Source: Candidatus Nomurabacteria bacterium (GTDB lineage Bacteria > Patescibacteriota > Minisyncoccia > Phycocordibacterales > UBA9973). Taken from it: a DNA stretch of 64,000 nt. This document shows positions 19,112 through 27,871 of the stretch, one piece after another. The position numbers and the translations under genes were made by a program. The notes below the pieces were generated by a model. That model was not told the origin of the DNA. It saw only the letters and a list, made by a program, of their open reading frames with translations, and did no database searches. The stretch is from the NCBI GenBank assembly GCA_026396015.1, contig JAPLXP010000011.1, positions 15,897 through 79,896 of the forward strand, given 5' to 3'. Each line of letters opens with the position of its first letter. Position 1 is the first letter of the stretch.

Positions 19112-21793
19112 ATGGCACTCCATCAAAAATTTCCAAAATCTCCGTATACTATTCTTGATCCAGCAATTCGCTGGTTTCCTGCTGATGAAAATCTTAGAGA
19201 CAAGGGCTACGAAAAATTACTTCCGCCGCTTGTAGCAGAACTTCGAAAGAAGATAAAAGAGTGGCGTCTTTCTGAATACGAAGGAGCTAGTGAAACTAGT
19301 AAAGCACTTTTGAAATGGTGGTTCTTAACAGACCATCCAACTCCAACTAAAGATGGTGAGATGTTTCTTTTTCAATACTATTTTGCTCAACGTGAAGCAG
19401 TAGAAACTGTTATCTGGCTATATGAAGTAGCTAAAGCTCATGATAAATATGATCTTATACGTTTTGATACATCAGGAGCAATATCACCGGGAATGTTTGA
19501 CGAGACTTGGACTCGGTATATCGTGAAGATGGCAACTGGTTCAGGAAAAACAAAAGTATTGAGTCTTATTCTCGCATGGAGTTATTTTCATAAACTCTAC
19601 GAAAAAGATTCCGAGCTTGCTCGTAACTTTTTAGTAATCGCCCCAAACATCATTGTATTGGATCGAATACGTACAGACTTTGATGGTCTTAAAATTTTCT
19701 TTGCCGATCCAGTTGTTCCAGACAATGGATACCGAGGTCAAGAATGGCGTAACGACTTTCAACTTACTCTTCATATTCAAGATGAAATCGGAACTGTAAG
19801 AAAAACGGGTAATATTTTTCTTACCAACATTCACCGTGTTTATGATGGTGCTACAGAATCTGCTAGTTTTGAAGATGGAGATACGATGGACTACTTTCTT
19901 GGTAAAAAGCCCACAGGTGCAACCAATGAATCGAAATTAGATCTTGGAGATATTGTACGCAACATTGATGAGCTTGTTGTCTTAAATGATGAAGCACACC
20001 ATATTCACGATCCGAGACTTGCATGGTTCAAGGCTATTGAAGATATTCATAACCGCCTTAAAATGAAGGGGGGTAAGTTAGGTTTGCAAGTAGATGTTAC
20101 AGCAACTCCAAAACATACCAATGGATCAATCTTCGTTCAGACGGTTAGTGACTACCCACTTGTGGAAGCAATTCATCAAAACGTAGTGAAGCATCCGGTT
20201 CTGCCCGATCCAGCAAGTCGCGCAAAATTACAAGAACATAAGACATCAAATTACACTGAAAAATACAAGGATTACATCCACCTTGGATATTTGGAATGGA
20301 AAAAAGTCTATGATGAGCATCTTAAGCTAAATAAGAAATCGGTACTCTTTATCATGACTGACGATACAAAAAACTGTGACGAAGTGGCTGAATATCTTGA
20401 AAACACCTACCCCGATCTCAAAGATGCTGTTCTTGTGATTCACACAAAAGACAACGGTGAAATCTCAGAAAGTGCTACAGGGAAAAAAGAAGAGGAGCTC
20501 AAGGAACTCCGTAAAAATGCCAATACAATCGATCACCTCGACAATCCATATAAAGTTATTGTTTCCGTGCTTATGCTTAAAGAAGGATGGGATGTTAGAA
20601 ATGTGACTACGATTGTAGGCTTGCGCGCATACAGCTCCAAAAGCAACATCCTACCAGAGCAGACACTTGGTAGAGGTCTTCGTCGAATGTATCGCGATCC
20701 TGATCTAGCTGAAATGGTGAGCGTTGTCGGTACTGATGCCTTTATGGATTTCGTAGAATCAATTAAAAGTGAGGGTGTTGAACTTGAACATCGTAAAATG
20801 GGTGAAGGAACAGGTCCGAAAGCACCACTTGTAGTTGAAATTGACCGTGAGAATATGAAAAAGAATATTGAAGAATTGGAGATCGAGATACCTGTGCTGA
20901 CACCCCGTATCTATCGAGAATATAAAAATCTCTCCCAGCTCGATGTACCAAAATTTAGTCATCAAAAGATTAATACTAAAGAATTTACTGAGGAGGAAAA
21001 ACGTGAGATCGTCTTCCGAGATATAACAAGTGGCGACATAACACATAAAACGGAATTGGATAGTAATTTTATACCAAATTACCAGAGCGTGATTGGTTAT
21101 TTTACACAGGTAGTAATGAAGGAACTTAGACTGGTAAGTGGGTATGACGTTCTATATGGTAAGGTCAAAGAATTTATTCAAGATCATCTTTTTACAAAAC
21201 CTATTGAGCTTGAAAACTTAAACTCACTTCGTAATCTATCGGAAATAGAAGCTTCCCGTACTATTATTGAGACATTCAAAAAAGAGATTAATGCTCTTAC
21301 GGTCCTTGATAAAGGGGAGGCTGAGATCCGCGATTATATAAAAATCAGCAAGAGTCGTCCCTTTGTGGTAAAGGATCAGGGTTATATTGTTCCGAAAAAA
21401 AGTGTCTTTAATAAAATTATAGGTGACAGTCATTTAGAGCTTGAATTTGCGAGTTTTCTTGAGGGATGTGACGATATAATCTCATACGCAAAAAACTATT
21501 TTGCTGTTCACTTCAAGATTGATTATAAAAATGCTGACGGTAGTATTTCTGATTATTACCCAGATTTTATTGTAAAAGTCTCAGCCAAAGAATACTACGT
21601 AGTTGAGACGAAAGGTCGGGAAGATTTGGATGATATAGAGAAAATCAAACGCCTGAAACAGTGGTGTGATGATGTGAATGCAAATCAACGCGATGCAAAG
21701 TACAACATGCTTTATATCAAGCAGGAAGACTGGGAAGCACAGCAACAAAAGCCTCGAAACTTTAGAGAAGTCATTCGAGGATGGAGTAAATAA
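19112..21793 (+). CDS. res: type III restriction enzyme Res subunit (SF2 helicase + C-terminal PD-(D/E)XK nuclease)
   Basis: 893 aa. Walker A MATGSGKTKV, DEAH (LNDEAHH), and the C-terminal PDF...VETK endonuclease motif are present. Confidence 0.8.
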   Translation: MALHQKFPKSPYTILDPAIRWFPADENLRDKGYEKLLPPLVAELRKKIKEWRLSEYEGASETSKALLKWWFLTDHPTPTKDGEMFLFQYYFAQREAVETVIWLYEVAKAHDKYDLIRFDTSGAISPGMFDETWTRYIVKMATGSGKTKVLSLILAWSYFHKLYEKDSELARNFLVIAPNIIVLDRIRTDFDGLKIFFADPVVPDNGYRGQEWRNDFQLTLHIQDEIGTVRKTGNIFLTNIHRVYDGATESASFEDGDTMDYFLGKKPTGATNESKLDLGDIVRNIDELVVLNDEAHHIHDPRLAWFKAIEDIHNRLKMKGGKLGLQVDVTATPKHTNGSIFVQTVSDYPLVEAIHQNVVKHPVLPDPASRAKLQEHKTSNYTEKYKDYIHLGYLEWKKVYDEHLKLNKKSVLFIMTDDTKNCDEVAEYLENTYPDLKDAVLVIHTKDNGEISESATGKKEEELKELRKNANTIDHLDNPYKVIVSVLMLKEGWDVRNVTTIVGLRAYSSKSNILPEQTLGRGLRRMYRDPDLAEMVSVVGTDAFMDFVESIKSEGVELEHRKMGEGTGPKAPLVVEIDRENMKKNIEELEIEIPVLTPRIYREYKNLSQLDVPKFSHQKINTKEFTEEEKREIVFRDITSGDITHKTELDSNFIPNYQSVIGYFTQVVMKELRLVSGYDVLYGKVKEFIQDHLFTKPIELENLNSLRNLSEIEASRTIIETFKKEINALTVLDKGEAEIRDYIKISKSRPFVVKDQGYIVPKKSVFNKIIGDSHLELEFASFLEGCDDIISYAKNYFAVHFKIDYKNADGSISDYYPDFIVKVSAKEYYVVETKGREDLDDIEKIKRLKQWCDDVNANQRDAKYNMLYIKQEDWEAQQQKPRNFREVIRGWSK

Positions 21794-21795
21794 TA

Positions 21796-24590
21796 TGGAT
21801 AAAGGTACACACTTCTATAAATGCGATTTTCAGGTACATACTCCACGGGATGCAAACTGGGTAGGTACTGAAGCCACCACACAAGCAGAACGTAAAACTT
21901 ATGCAGAGGAGCTTATTCAGTCGTGTCGTATAAAAGGCATTGGAGCAATTGCAATAACCGACCATCACGATTTTACTTTTTTCCCTTATGTTAAAGCAGC
22001 TTCAGTTTCTGAAGTGGATGCGGTAGGAAGTCCTATTCCAAAACGAGATCAAATAGTTGTCTTTCCCGGCATCGAATTAACCCTTTCCTCGCCACCTTGC
22101 CAAGCCATTCTATTGTTAGATTCAGAATTTGATGAAACAAAATTCGGTGATATTCTCACAACCCTTACTATCGCTCCTACCGATAAGGTAAAAAGTAAAT
22201 TAGCAAGCGTAGATTCTGTATCACCAGCATCAATAACTGGATTTAATGACCTAGAGAATAAGCTTAATCAGCATGCATGGCTGAAAGGTAAATTTATCAT
22301 ACTTCCAAATGTTACTACTGCTGGACATAAAACACTTTTTCGTGATGGGTATGCAAAACACTATAAAGAGATGCGGTGTGTAGGAGGATATGTGGATGGC
22401 GATTATTCAAAATCAAGTGATGGCTATAAAAATATCCTAGAAGGTCGTCAACAAAATAATGGCTATAAATCCATTGCTGTTTTTCAGACCTCAGATAACC
22501 GCAAGCGTGATCATTCTGATCTTGGAACCTATATCACTTACGTTAAATGGTCAGAACCAACTGCTGAAGCGTTGCGACAGGCGTGCCTAGCAAAAGAATC
22601 ACGACTCTCTCTTGCTGAGCCAGAGCTTCCTAGCGTATGGATTACATCTGTCACAGTTTCAAATTCTAAGTTCCTTGGACGTGTTGATTTAGATTTAAAC
22701 CAACAATACAACGCCATCATCGGTGGGCGTGGAACTGGTAAATCCACAATCCTAGAATATTTACGCTGGGGTCTTTGTGATCAACCAATAGAAAGCGAGG
22801 ATATGGATATTGTACAAAATAAGCGCAAGAATTTAATCGATAATACGCTACAGAAATTTGATGGAGAAGTGCATGTTGAATTTCTTCTCAACGATGTGAA
22901 TCATATTGTAAAACGAAACTCAAAGAAACAAGAGATTTTGCTTAAAATTGCCGATGGAGATTTTGCTCCAGCTACTGAACAACAAGTAAGAAATTTGCTT
23001 CCAATTCAAGCGTACAGTCAGAAACAACTGAGTAGTGTTGGTGTGAGAATTGATGAGTTAAAACGCTTTGTAGAGCTTCCGATAAAACAAGAACTTGATC
23101 AGATTCGATCCGATGTTCGTGATAATGCTGCTAAAATGCGGTCATCATACGGTGATCTTATCCGAATGAGTGAGATCGAGACTGAAGTTGAAAAAAATAA
23201 TGTTGAAATTGCTTCAGTAACTGAGCAGCTTGATAAGTTAAGAAAAAGCCTCAAGGGTTTGTCTAAAGAAGATCAGAAGACCATCAACCAGAAAGCAAAA
23301 TACGATGAGGAAGAAACTATTATTGGTGATTTACAGAATGAACTCTCAACAGCACAAGGAAGTGTTGAGTCGTTAGAGGCAGAATTTTATAAAGATGTAG
23401 CGACACAAGAGGAAGAAGCTGAACTAGAAAACACGGCGATCATCAAAGATATCAAGAAAAAGTTTGCATCAAAGTTTGTGGAGATAAAAGCGGGGGTTGG
23501 AGCATTATCTAGCTTATTTAAACCAGCATCATTAAAAGATATAAATGATGCAATTAAGGCTTGGAATAAACTCAAGGTGGCGTTTGACAAAAAATACGAG
23601 GCGGCGAAAGTAAAAGCAAAAGTTAATCAGCAACAACTAGATCAAATACAAATACATGAAAAGCGTATCGGTATACTTAAGAAGCAACAAACCGATAAAC
23701 GTAATGCTATTACAGCTCTGGGAAATCCTGAGGCTACCTATAAAGGCTTACGTACAAAATGGGATACTTTACATAACCTAAAAGTTGTAGCCATTGAGAA
23801 ACAATGTGAGCAATTTACTGCTCTTTCTGGTGGATTGATTAAGGCGGAAATTAAAAATAGTCTTGATGTTGATGGTTTTACACAACAACTCAAAACAGCT
23901 TTTTCTGGTATGAATATCAAGGAGGATAAAATTGAAAAAATCTGTAAGATTTTGCTTGAAGCAACTGATCCGTTCACAGAATGGAATAACATATTATCAG
24001 AACTCAGATCCCTCGCTCTCTATTCTGATGAAGGAAATGATGCCTTACCAGAAACACCTATACTTAATGGTAAGTGTTTCTTTATTAATACAGAATTAAA
24101 GAGGATTGCGACCCAGTTTGATTCCGCTCGCTGGATTAATCTTTCCATGGCAGAATTGGAATTCAATCCAAAATTCCACTATTGCACAAATAAAACAAAG
24201 GATGAATACATAGAATTTTCTGATGCATCGGCTGGTCAACAAGCTACCGCCTTACTTACTGTACTTTTGAATCAGCCGGGAGCTCCTCTTATTATTGATC
24301 AACCAGAAGATGATATTGATAGTAAGATGATCAAAGAAATTATTGAACGAGTGTGGAAAGCAAAAAGTAAACGTCAACTTATCTTTGCCAGCCATAGTGC
24401 AAATTTTGTCGTCAACGGAGATGCAGAGCTGGTAGTTTGTTGCGACTACGTCAAAGCAGGAGATCAGACACACGGTGTAATTAAAGCAATTGGCGCAATT
24501 GATAATGCCATAATTAAAGAAGAAATTACCTTAGTTACTGAAGGCGGTCGACAAGCATTCAAGCTTCGTATGGATAAATATGGTTTTTAA
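21796..24590 (+). CDS. PHP-domain phosphoesterase fused to an SbcC/SMC-like coiled-coil ABC ATPase (Ppl-like candidate defence protein)
   Basis: Start reassigned to the ATG at 21796, because the track ORF start at 21678 overlaps res. PHP motifs are present: DFQVHTPRD, ITDHHDF and GIELT. Walker A reads IIGGRGTGKST. About 300 aa are coiled-coil. The signature SAGQQ, Walker B LIIDQPEDDID and H-loop FASHSAN follow. Confidence 0.7.
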
Positions 24591-24604
24591 TCTTAAATAA
24601 AGAT

Positions 24605-25357
24605 ATGTCTGAATACTACAACGCAAACAGAACACGAAACATTTACGATCCAGCCAGTTTGGAGCCTTTCAAGTTGTCACGGTCCAAGATCGAGGGGTAC
24701 ATGAACTGTCCAAAGTGCTTTTATATGGATCGTAGACTTGGCGTGGGGCAACCACCGGGCTTCCCATTTGCCCTTAATTCGGCCGTAGACCACCTTCTAA
24801 AGAAAGAATTCGACATACACAGGGCTAAGCAGGTCCCGCACCCGCTTATGAAGGCGTACGGCCTTGATATGGTCCCTTTTCAGCATGAAAAGCTGAATGA
24901 GTGGCGCGAGAATTTCAAAGGCATCCAGTACCACCACGAGCCTACAAATTTTATAATGACAGGAGCTGTTGATGACTTGTGGGTCAATAGGGAAGGGGAG
25001 GTCACTGTAGTTGACTATAAAGCTACAAGCAAACCAGCGAAGGTGACACTCGATGCTGATTGGCAGATCGGATACAAACGACAAATGGAAATGTACCAGT
25101 GGCTACTTCGCAAGATTGGATTGAAAGTTTCCGACACTGGATATTTTGTATACTGCAATGGAAAAACAGATCGTGAAGCGTTCGATGGAAAACTAGATTT
25201 TGATATTGATCTTCTTCCATACACTGGCGATGATTCATGGGTGGGTGGAATTTTACATGAAATAAAACAGTGTCTTGATGGTGACATGCCCGAGTCGGGT
25301 CTTTCATGTGATTATTGTAGTTACAGAAAAGCTGCAAATCTCGTTGATCGAAAATAA
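24605..25357 (+). CDS. Cas4/RecB-like PD-(D/E)XK nuclease with Cys clusters
   Basis: 250 aa. N-terminal CPKC; core GAVDD ... EVTVVDYK (D ... D/ExK); RecB-family QxxxY (YKRQMEMYQW); C-terminal CDYCSY. It starts 14 bp downstream of the PHP-ATPase gene. Confidence 0.7.
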   Translation: MSEYYNANRTRNIYDPASLEPFKLSRSKIEGYMNCPKCFYMDRRLGVGQPPGFPFALNSAVDHLLKKEFDIHRAKQVPHPLMKAYGLDMVPFQHEKLNEWRENFKGIQYHHEPTNFIMTGAVDDLWVNREGEVTVVDYKATSKPAKVTLDADWQIGYKRQMEMYQWLLRKIGLKVSDTGYFVYCNGKTDREAFDGKLDFDIDLLPYTGDDSWVGGILHEIKQCLDGDMPESGLSCDYCSYRKAANLVDRK

Positions 25358-25364
25358 TAAATAT

Positions 25365-25520
25365 ATGTTAGAAGATAAAGATCCAGAAGAAATAATAGAG
25401 ATTGCCGAAATAGCTCAAAACCAAGGCTTAGACATTGAAGATGCCGAAAAAGTAAAAGAACTTATGGATGAAGAAGGTCTTGATGAGGATGAGGCTTCTG
25501 AACTGATTGATTTACTATAA
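25365..25520 (+). CDS. small hyper-acidic protein (51 aa; about 45% D/E)
   Basis: Inner ATG of track ORF 25275..25520, chosen to avoid overlapping the nuclease gene: MLEDKDPEEIIEIAEIAQNQGLDIEDAEKVKELMDEEGLDEDEASELIDLL. Confidence 0.45.
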   Translation: MLEDKDPEEIIEIAEIAQNQGLDIEDAEKVKELMDEEGLDEDEASELIDLL

Positions 25521-25526
25521 TTCTAA

Positions 25527-25537
25527 AATGTGGGAGT
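25527..25537 (+). repeat. AATGTGGGAGT motif copy 1
   Basis: Direct read: aatgtgggagttta. Confidence 0.8.
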
Positions 25538-25579
25538 TTATCCACAGTATCCTTTATTTGCTTGTGTTTGCTTTTTATA

Positions 25580-25595
25580 AATGTGGGAGTATAAT
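25580..25595 (+). repeat. AATGTGGGAGT motif copy 2, immediately followed by TATAAT
   Basis: Direct read: aatgtgggagtataat. Confidence 0.8.
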
Positions 25596-25742
25596 CAAAA
25601 TACCTGATGATCTTGTGCTCGTGCCAGAGCAGGGAAGTAGGGGGAGTCTAAAAAACTCATTATAAGTATGGCCTCTGTCCCAGTCAGGGATAGCCCACAG
25701 TAGGCGTTGATAACCGGATCAAAGCCTTCTTTCGTTCCGAGG

Positions 25743-25751
25743 TGTGGGAGT
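25743..25751 (+). repeat. TGTGGGAGT motif copy 3 (ggtgtgggagttaaag), 77 nt upstream of the integrase ATG
   Basis: Direct read. Confidence 0.8.
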
Positions 25752-25827
25752 TAAAGATGTTGTTCTCGGAAAACAATCCTAGAACTCTCAAACCAAAAGG
25801 CTTTTAATCAACTAATAAAAAAACTTT

Positions 25828-26760
25828 ATGTTACTTCGAGATGCAATTGAAAATTATTTGCTCTGGAAGGGAACGGAGACTCGCACAGCCGCGAAAGTCT
25901 ACCGACCATTCCTCGAGCATTTCTACAGCTTTGTTGGTAATAAAGATACTCTCGAAATAAAGCTCGAGGAGATCTCAGCGTTCCGAGCGTCATTGAAATT
26001 AAAATACAATGATGGCAATATTTCCAACCACAACAATGTGATCAAGAACTTCTACAAATGGTTAGAAGCGAATCGTATAACTACGGTCCACCCATTCTTG
26101 ATCCGTAACCCAAGGTTCCAACAACCGGAACGACCAGTAGCAACACCTGAAGAAGTCGCGAAGATGTGCGCAACTCTCAATCCAAATTCTTATAGTGATT
26201 TGATGAGGCTTGTAGCAATCAAACTCATGTGGGAATCAATGATACGCGTTAGTGAGCTTATAGACCTAAATGTTAGCGACATACTGTCGCAAAATACATA
26301 CACGGAAATAATAGGCAAGAAGAATTATAAGAAACGATGGATTATGTGGTCGCCAGAAACCCATCAACTCCTACTTCAATATATAGCAAAGAGAAAAATG
26401 TTGTTCGAACACGAAGCATTATTCGCACACGAAAGTGCTGGTGTCAGTCAACGAATGGCTACTAGAAGTGTTGAACGATGGATGAAGATCGCGCGAGAAA
26501 AAGCAAAACTGACTCAAGACATATCTTGTCACGCATTGCGACATGGTGGTGCTCATGAGTTAGTAAAGAAAGGTGCGAGTCTGAAATTCTTAGGATTGAT
26601 TCTAGGACATTCAGATACGAACCCTCGAGCGGGAATGCAATACCTCCGATTCAGTAAAGAAGAATCACTAGATGTTGTGGAAAGATTTGTGGGACTTAGA
26701 TTCTCAAGAAATGTTTCCGAGCCTCTAGGTATAGCATTTAATGCCTACAACATGGTTTAA
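25828..26760 (+). CDS. int: tyrosine site-specific recombinase (phage integrase / XerD-like)
   Basis: 310 aa. The C-terminal catalytic region reads HALRHGGAHELV ... LGHSDTNPRAGMQYLR (H-x-x-R, LGH, Tyr). Confidence 0.85.
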   Translation: MLLRDAIENYLLWKGTETRTAAKVYRPFLEHFYSFVGNKDTLEIKLEEISAFRASLKLKYNDGNISNHNNVIKNFYKWLEANRITTVHPFLIRNPRFQQPERPVATPEEVAKMCATLNPNSYSDLMRLVAIKLMWESMIRVSELIDLNVSDILSQNTYTEIIGKKNYKKRWIMWSPETHQLLLQYIAKRKMLFEHEALFAHESAGVSQRMATRSVERWMKIAREKAKLTQDISCHALRHGGAHELVKKGASLKFLGLILGHSDTNPRAGMQYLRFSKEESLDVVERFVGLRFSRNVSEPLGIAFNAYNMV

Positions 26761-26771
26761 GCTGATTTGTG

Positions 26772-26782
26772 AATGTGGGAGT
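26772..26782 (+). repeat. AATGTGGGAGT motif copy 4, 12 nt after the integrase stop and 20 nt before the next ORF
   Basis: Direct read: aatgtgggagttttgtgctaaatt. Confidence 0.8.
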
Positions 26783-26801
26783 TTTGTGCTAAATTGGACT
26801 A

Positions 26802-26996
26802 ATGAGCAGTACGAGTATACCGAAAGCCAAGGGCGGTCGCGGGAAAGTTGAATTACTACGAAATAAAGCGATCGTAACCCTATATGAGACAGATCCAAAG
26901 AGCTACAACACAAACACGTTGGGGAAGCTATTTAGCCGTGACAGGAAGACCGTAAAGGGTATTCTGGAGAGATTTGCACCTTCAAAGCAGAAATAG
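26802..26996 (+). CDS. small basic HTH-like protein (possible excisionase/regulator)
   Basis: 64 aa. A helix-turn-helix-like segment is present: TNTLGKLFSRDRKTVKGIL. Confidence 0.4.
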   Translation: MSSTSIPKAKGGRGKVELLRNKAIVTLYETDPKSYNTNTLGKLFSRDRKTVKGILERFAPSKQK

Positions 26997-27164
26997 CCGA
27001 TTCTAGTTTATCCACTCATTGACGACGGAACTAGGGAAATGCGCTTGCTATATAAAAGTCATTGGTTTATGCTGTATGTGTAGATCCTTGAAAACTCAAA
27101 TCCTCCACGAAACTCGGGTGTAGGGGAGACTTTTATAAAGCCGCATTTAGCGGCATAAAGAATA

Positions 27165-27177
27165 CGACACAGTGTCG
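27165..27177. promoter_or_regulatory. Perfect palindrome CGACAC-A-GTGTCG (operator-like). A second ACGACACT half-site and TATATAAT lie 15-25 bp downstream.
   Basis: Direct read of cgacacagtgtcg ... ttacgacactatataat. Confidence 0.35.
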
Positions 27178-27218
27178 CACAATATATCTTTTACGACACT
27201 ATATAATAAAATAAAGCG

Positions 27219-27249
27219 CAGGATATTGTGATGGGTATCCTGCGCCTAT
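27219..27249. terminator. hairpin GCGCAGGATA-loop-TATCCTGCGC (10-bp stem) at the element/host junction region
   Basis: Direct read; the T/A-rich flank is weak. Confidence 0.4.
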
Positions 27250-27302
27250 TAATTTTAATTTATTATTGAGCTTGTGCTCCTTTGGATTCGCTCATTTTTA
27301 AT

Positions 27303-27776
27303 TCAACTAACAAAATCATCTTCACTATATTCAGTTGAAAATGGATATTTATTATTTAATATATCCTCTTTGTCTAGGTCTGAATTTAAGACTATCGTAT
27401 CTATAATCATACAAATTGTGCTTACTACGCTACTATCTTGTAAGTCAGCTTCTTTTTCAAATAAAAGATCATTGAACTTTAACATATTTTGTATTGTTGT
27501 AGAAACCTGAGTGTACCTAACTAACTCTAATACTGAAGAATGTTTTTGTTTAGCTTGCCTAGGATTACTGATGATTACAGGATCAAACACAACGATTACT
27601 TCTTCAATTTTTTGATCCAAGCCTTGTGATTCAATATGATCATTGCATATTTTTATTGAAATGATAATTTCATTTTGTTTACATACGGATAAATGTAAAG
27701 AAATAATTTTTACATTTTCGATGTTGAAGATTAACTCTAACCATTTACTGAGGTTTTGATTTTTTATGTTATTCAT
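27303..27776 (-). CDS. hypothetical protein
   Basis: 157-aa AT-rich ORF. Confidence 0.45.
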   Translation of the reverse strand: MNNIKNQNLSKWLELIFNIENVKIISLHLSVCKQNEIIISIKICNDHIESQGLDQKIEEVIVVFDPVIISNPRQAKQKHSSVLELVRYTQVSTTIQNMLKFNDLLFEKEADLQDSSVVSTICMIIDTIVLNSDLDKEDILNNKYPFSTEYSEDDFVS

Positions 27777-27871
27777 TTTTTAAATAATTGATTTTGAGTA
27801 TTATAATACAAAATGCACCATTACGTCAATAGTATGGTGTATTAGGTGTAATATATTGAATTTTGTCTAGT

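Larger units (their letters stand above)
1..26996 (+). mobile_element. Integrated tailed-phage-like element (prophage). It runs from the portal/capsid/tail/lysis module through a cargo island to a tyrosine integrase. The left end lies beyond the window start.
   Basis: Co-linear + strand phage morphogenesis gene order: portal-MuF, prohead protease, HK97-like capsid, tail chaperone frameshift, tape measure, fibre, holin, amidase. These are followed by defence cargo and a tyrosine recombinase at the far end. att sites not identified. Confidence 0.65.

Noticed and set aside
21678-21795. The track start of the PHP-ATPase ORF at 21678, which would give 970 aa.
   Set aside because: It overlaps the last 116 nt of res in another frame. 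The ATG at 21796, 2 nt after the res stop, begins exactly at the PHP-domain motif MDKGTHFYKCDFQVHT, so 21796 was used.
25600-25760. A GC-richer segment upstream of int (gggaagtagggggagtc ... cagggatagcccacag), considered as a tRNA/tmRNA fragment that could be the att target.
   Set aside because: No T-loop (GTTCRANYC), acceptor/CCA end or cloverleaf could be built by eye. It remains a candidate att-core region only.
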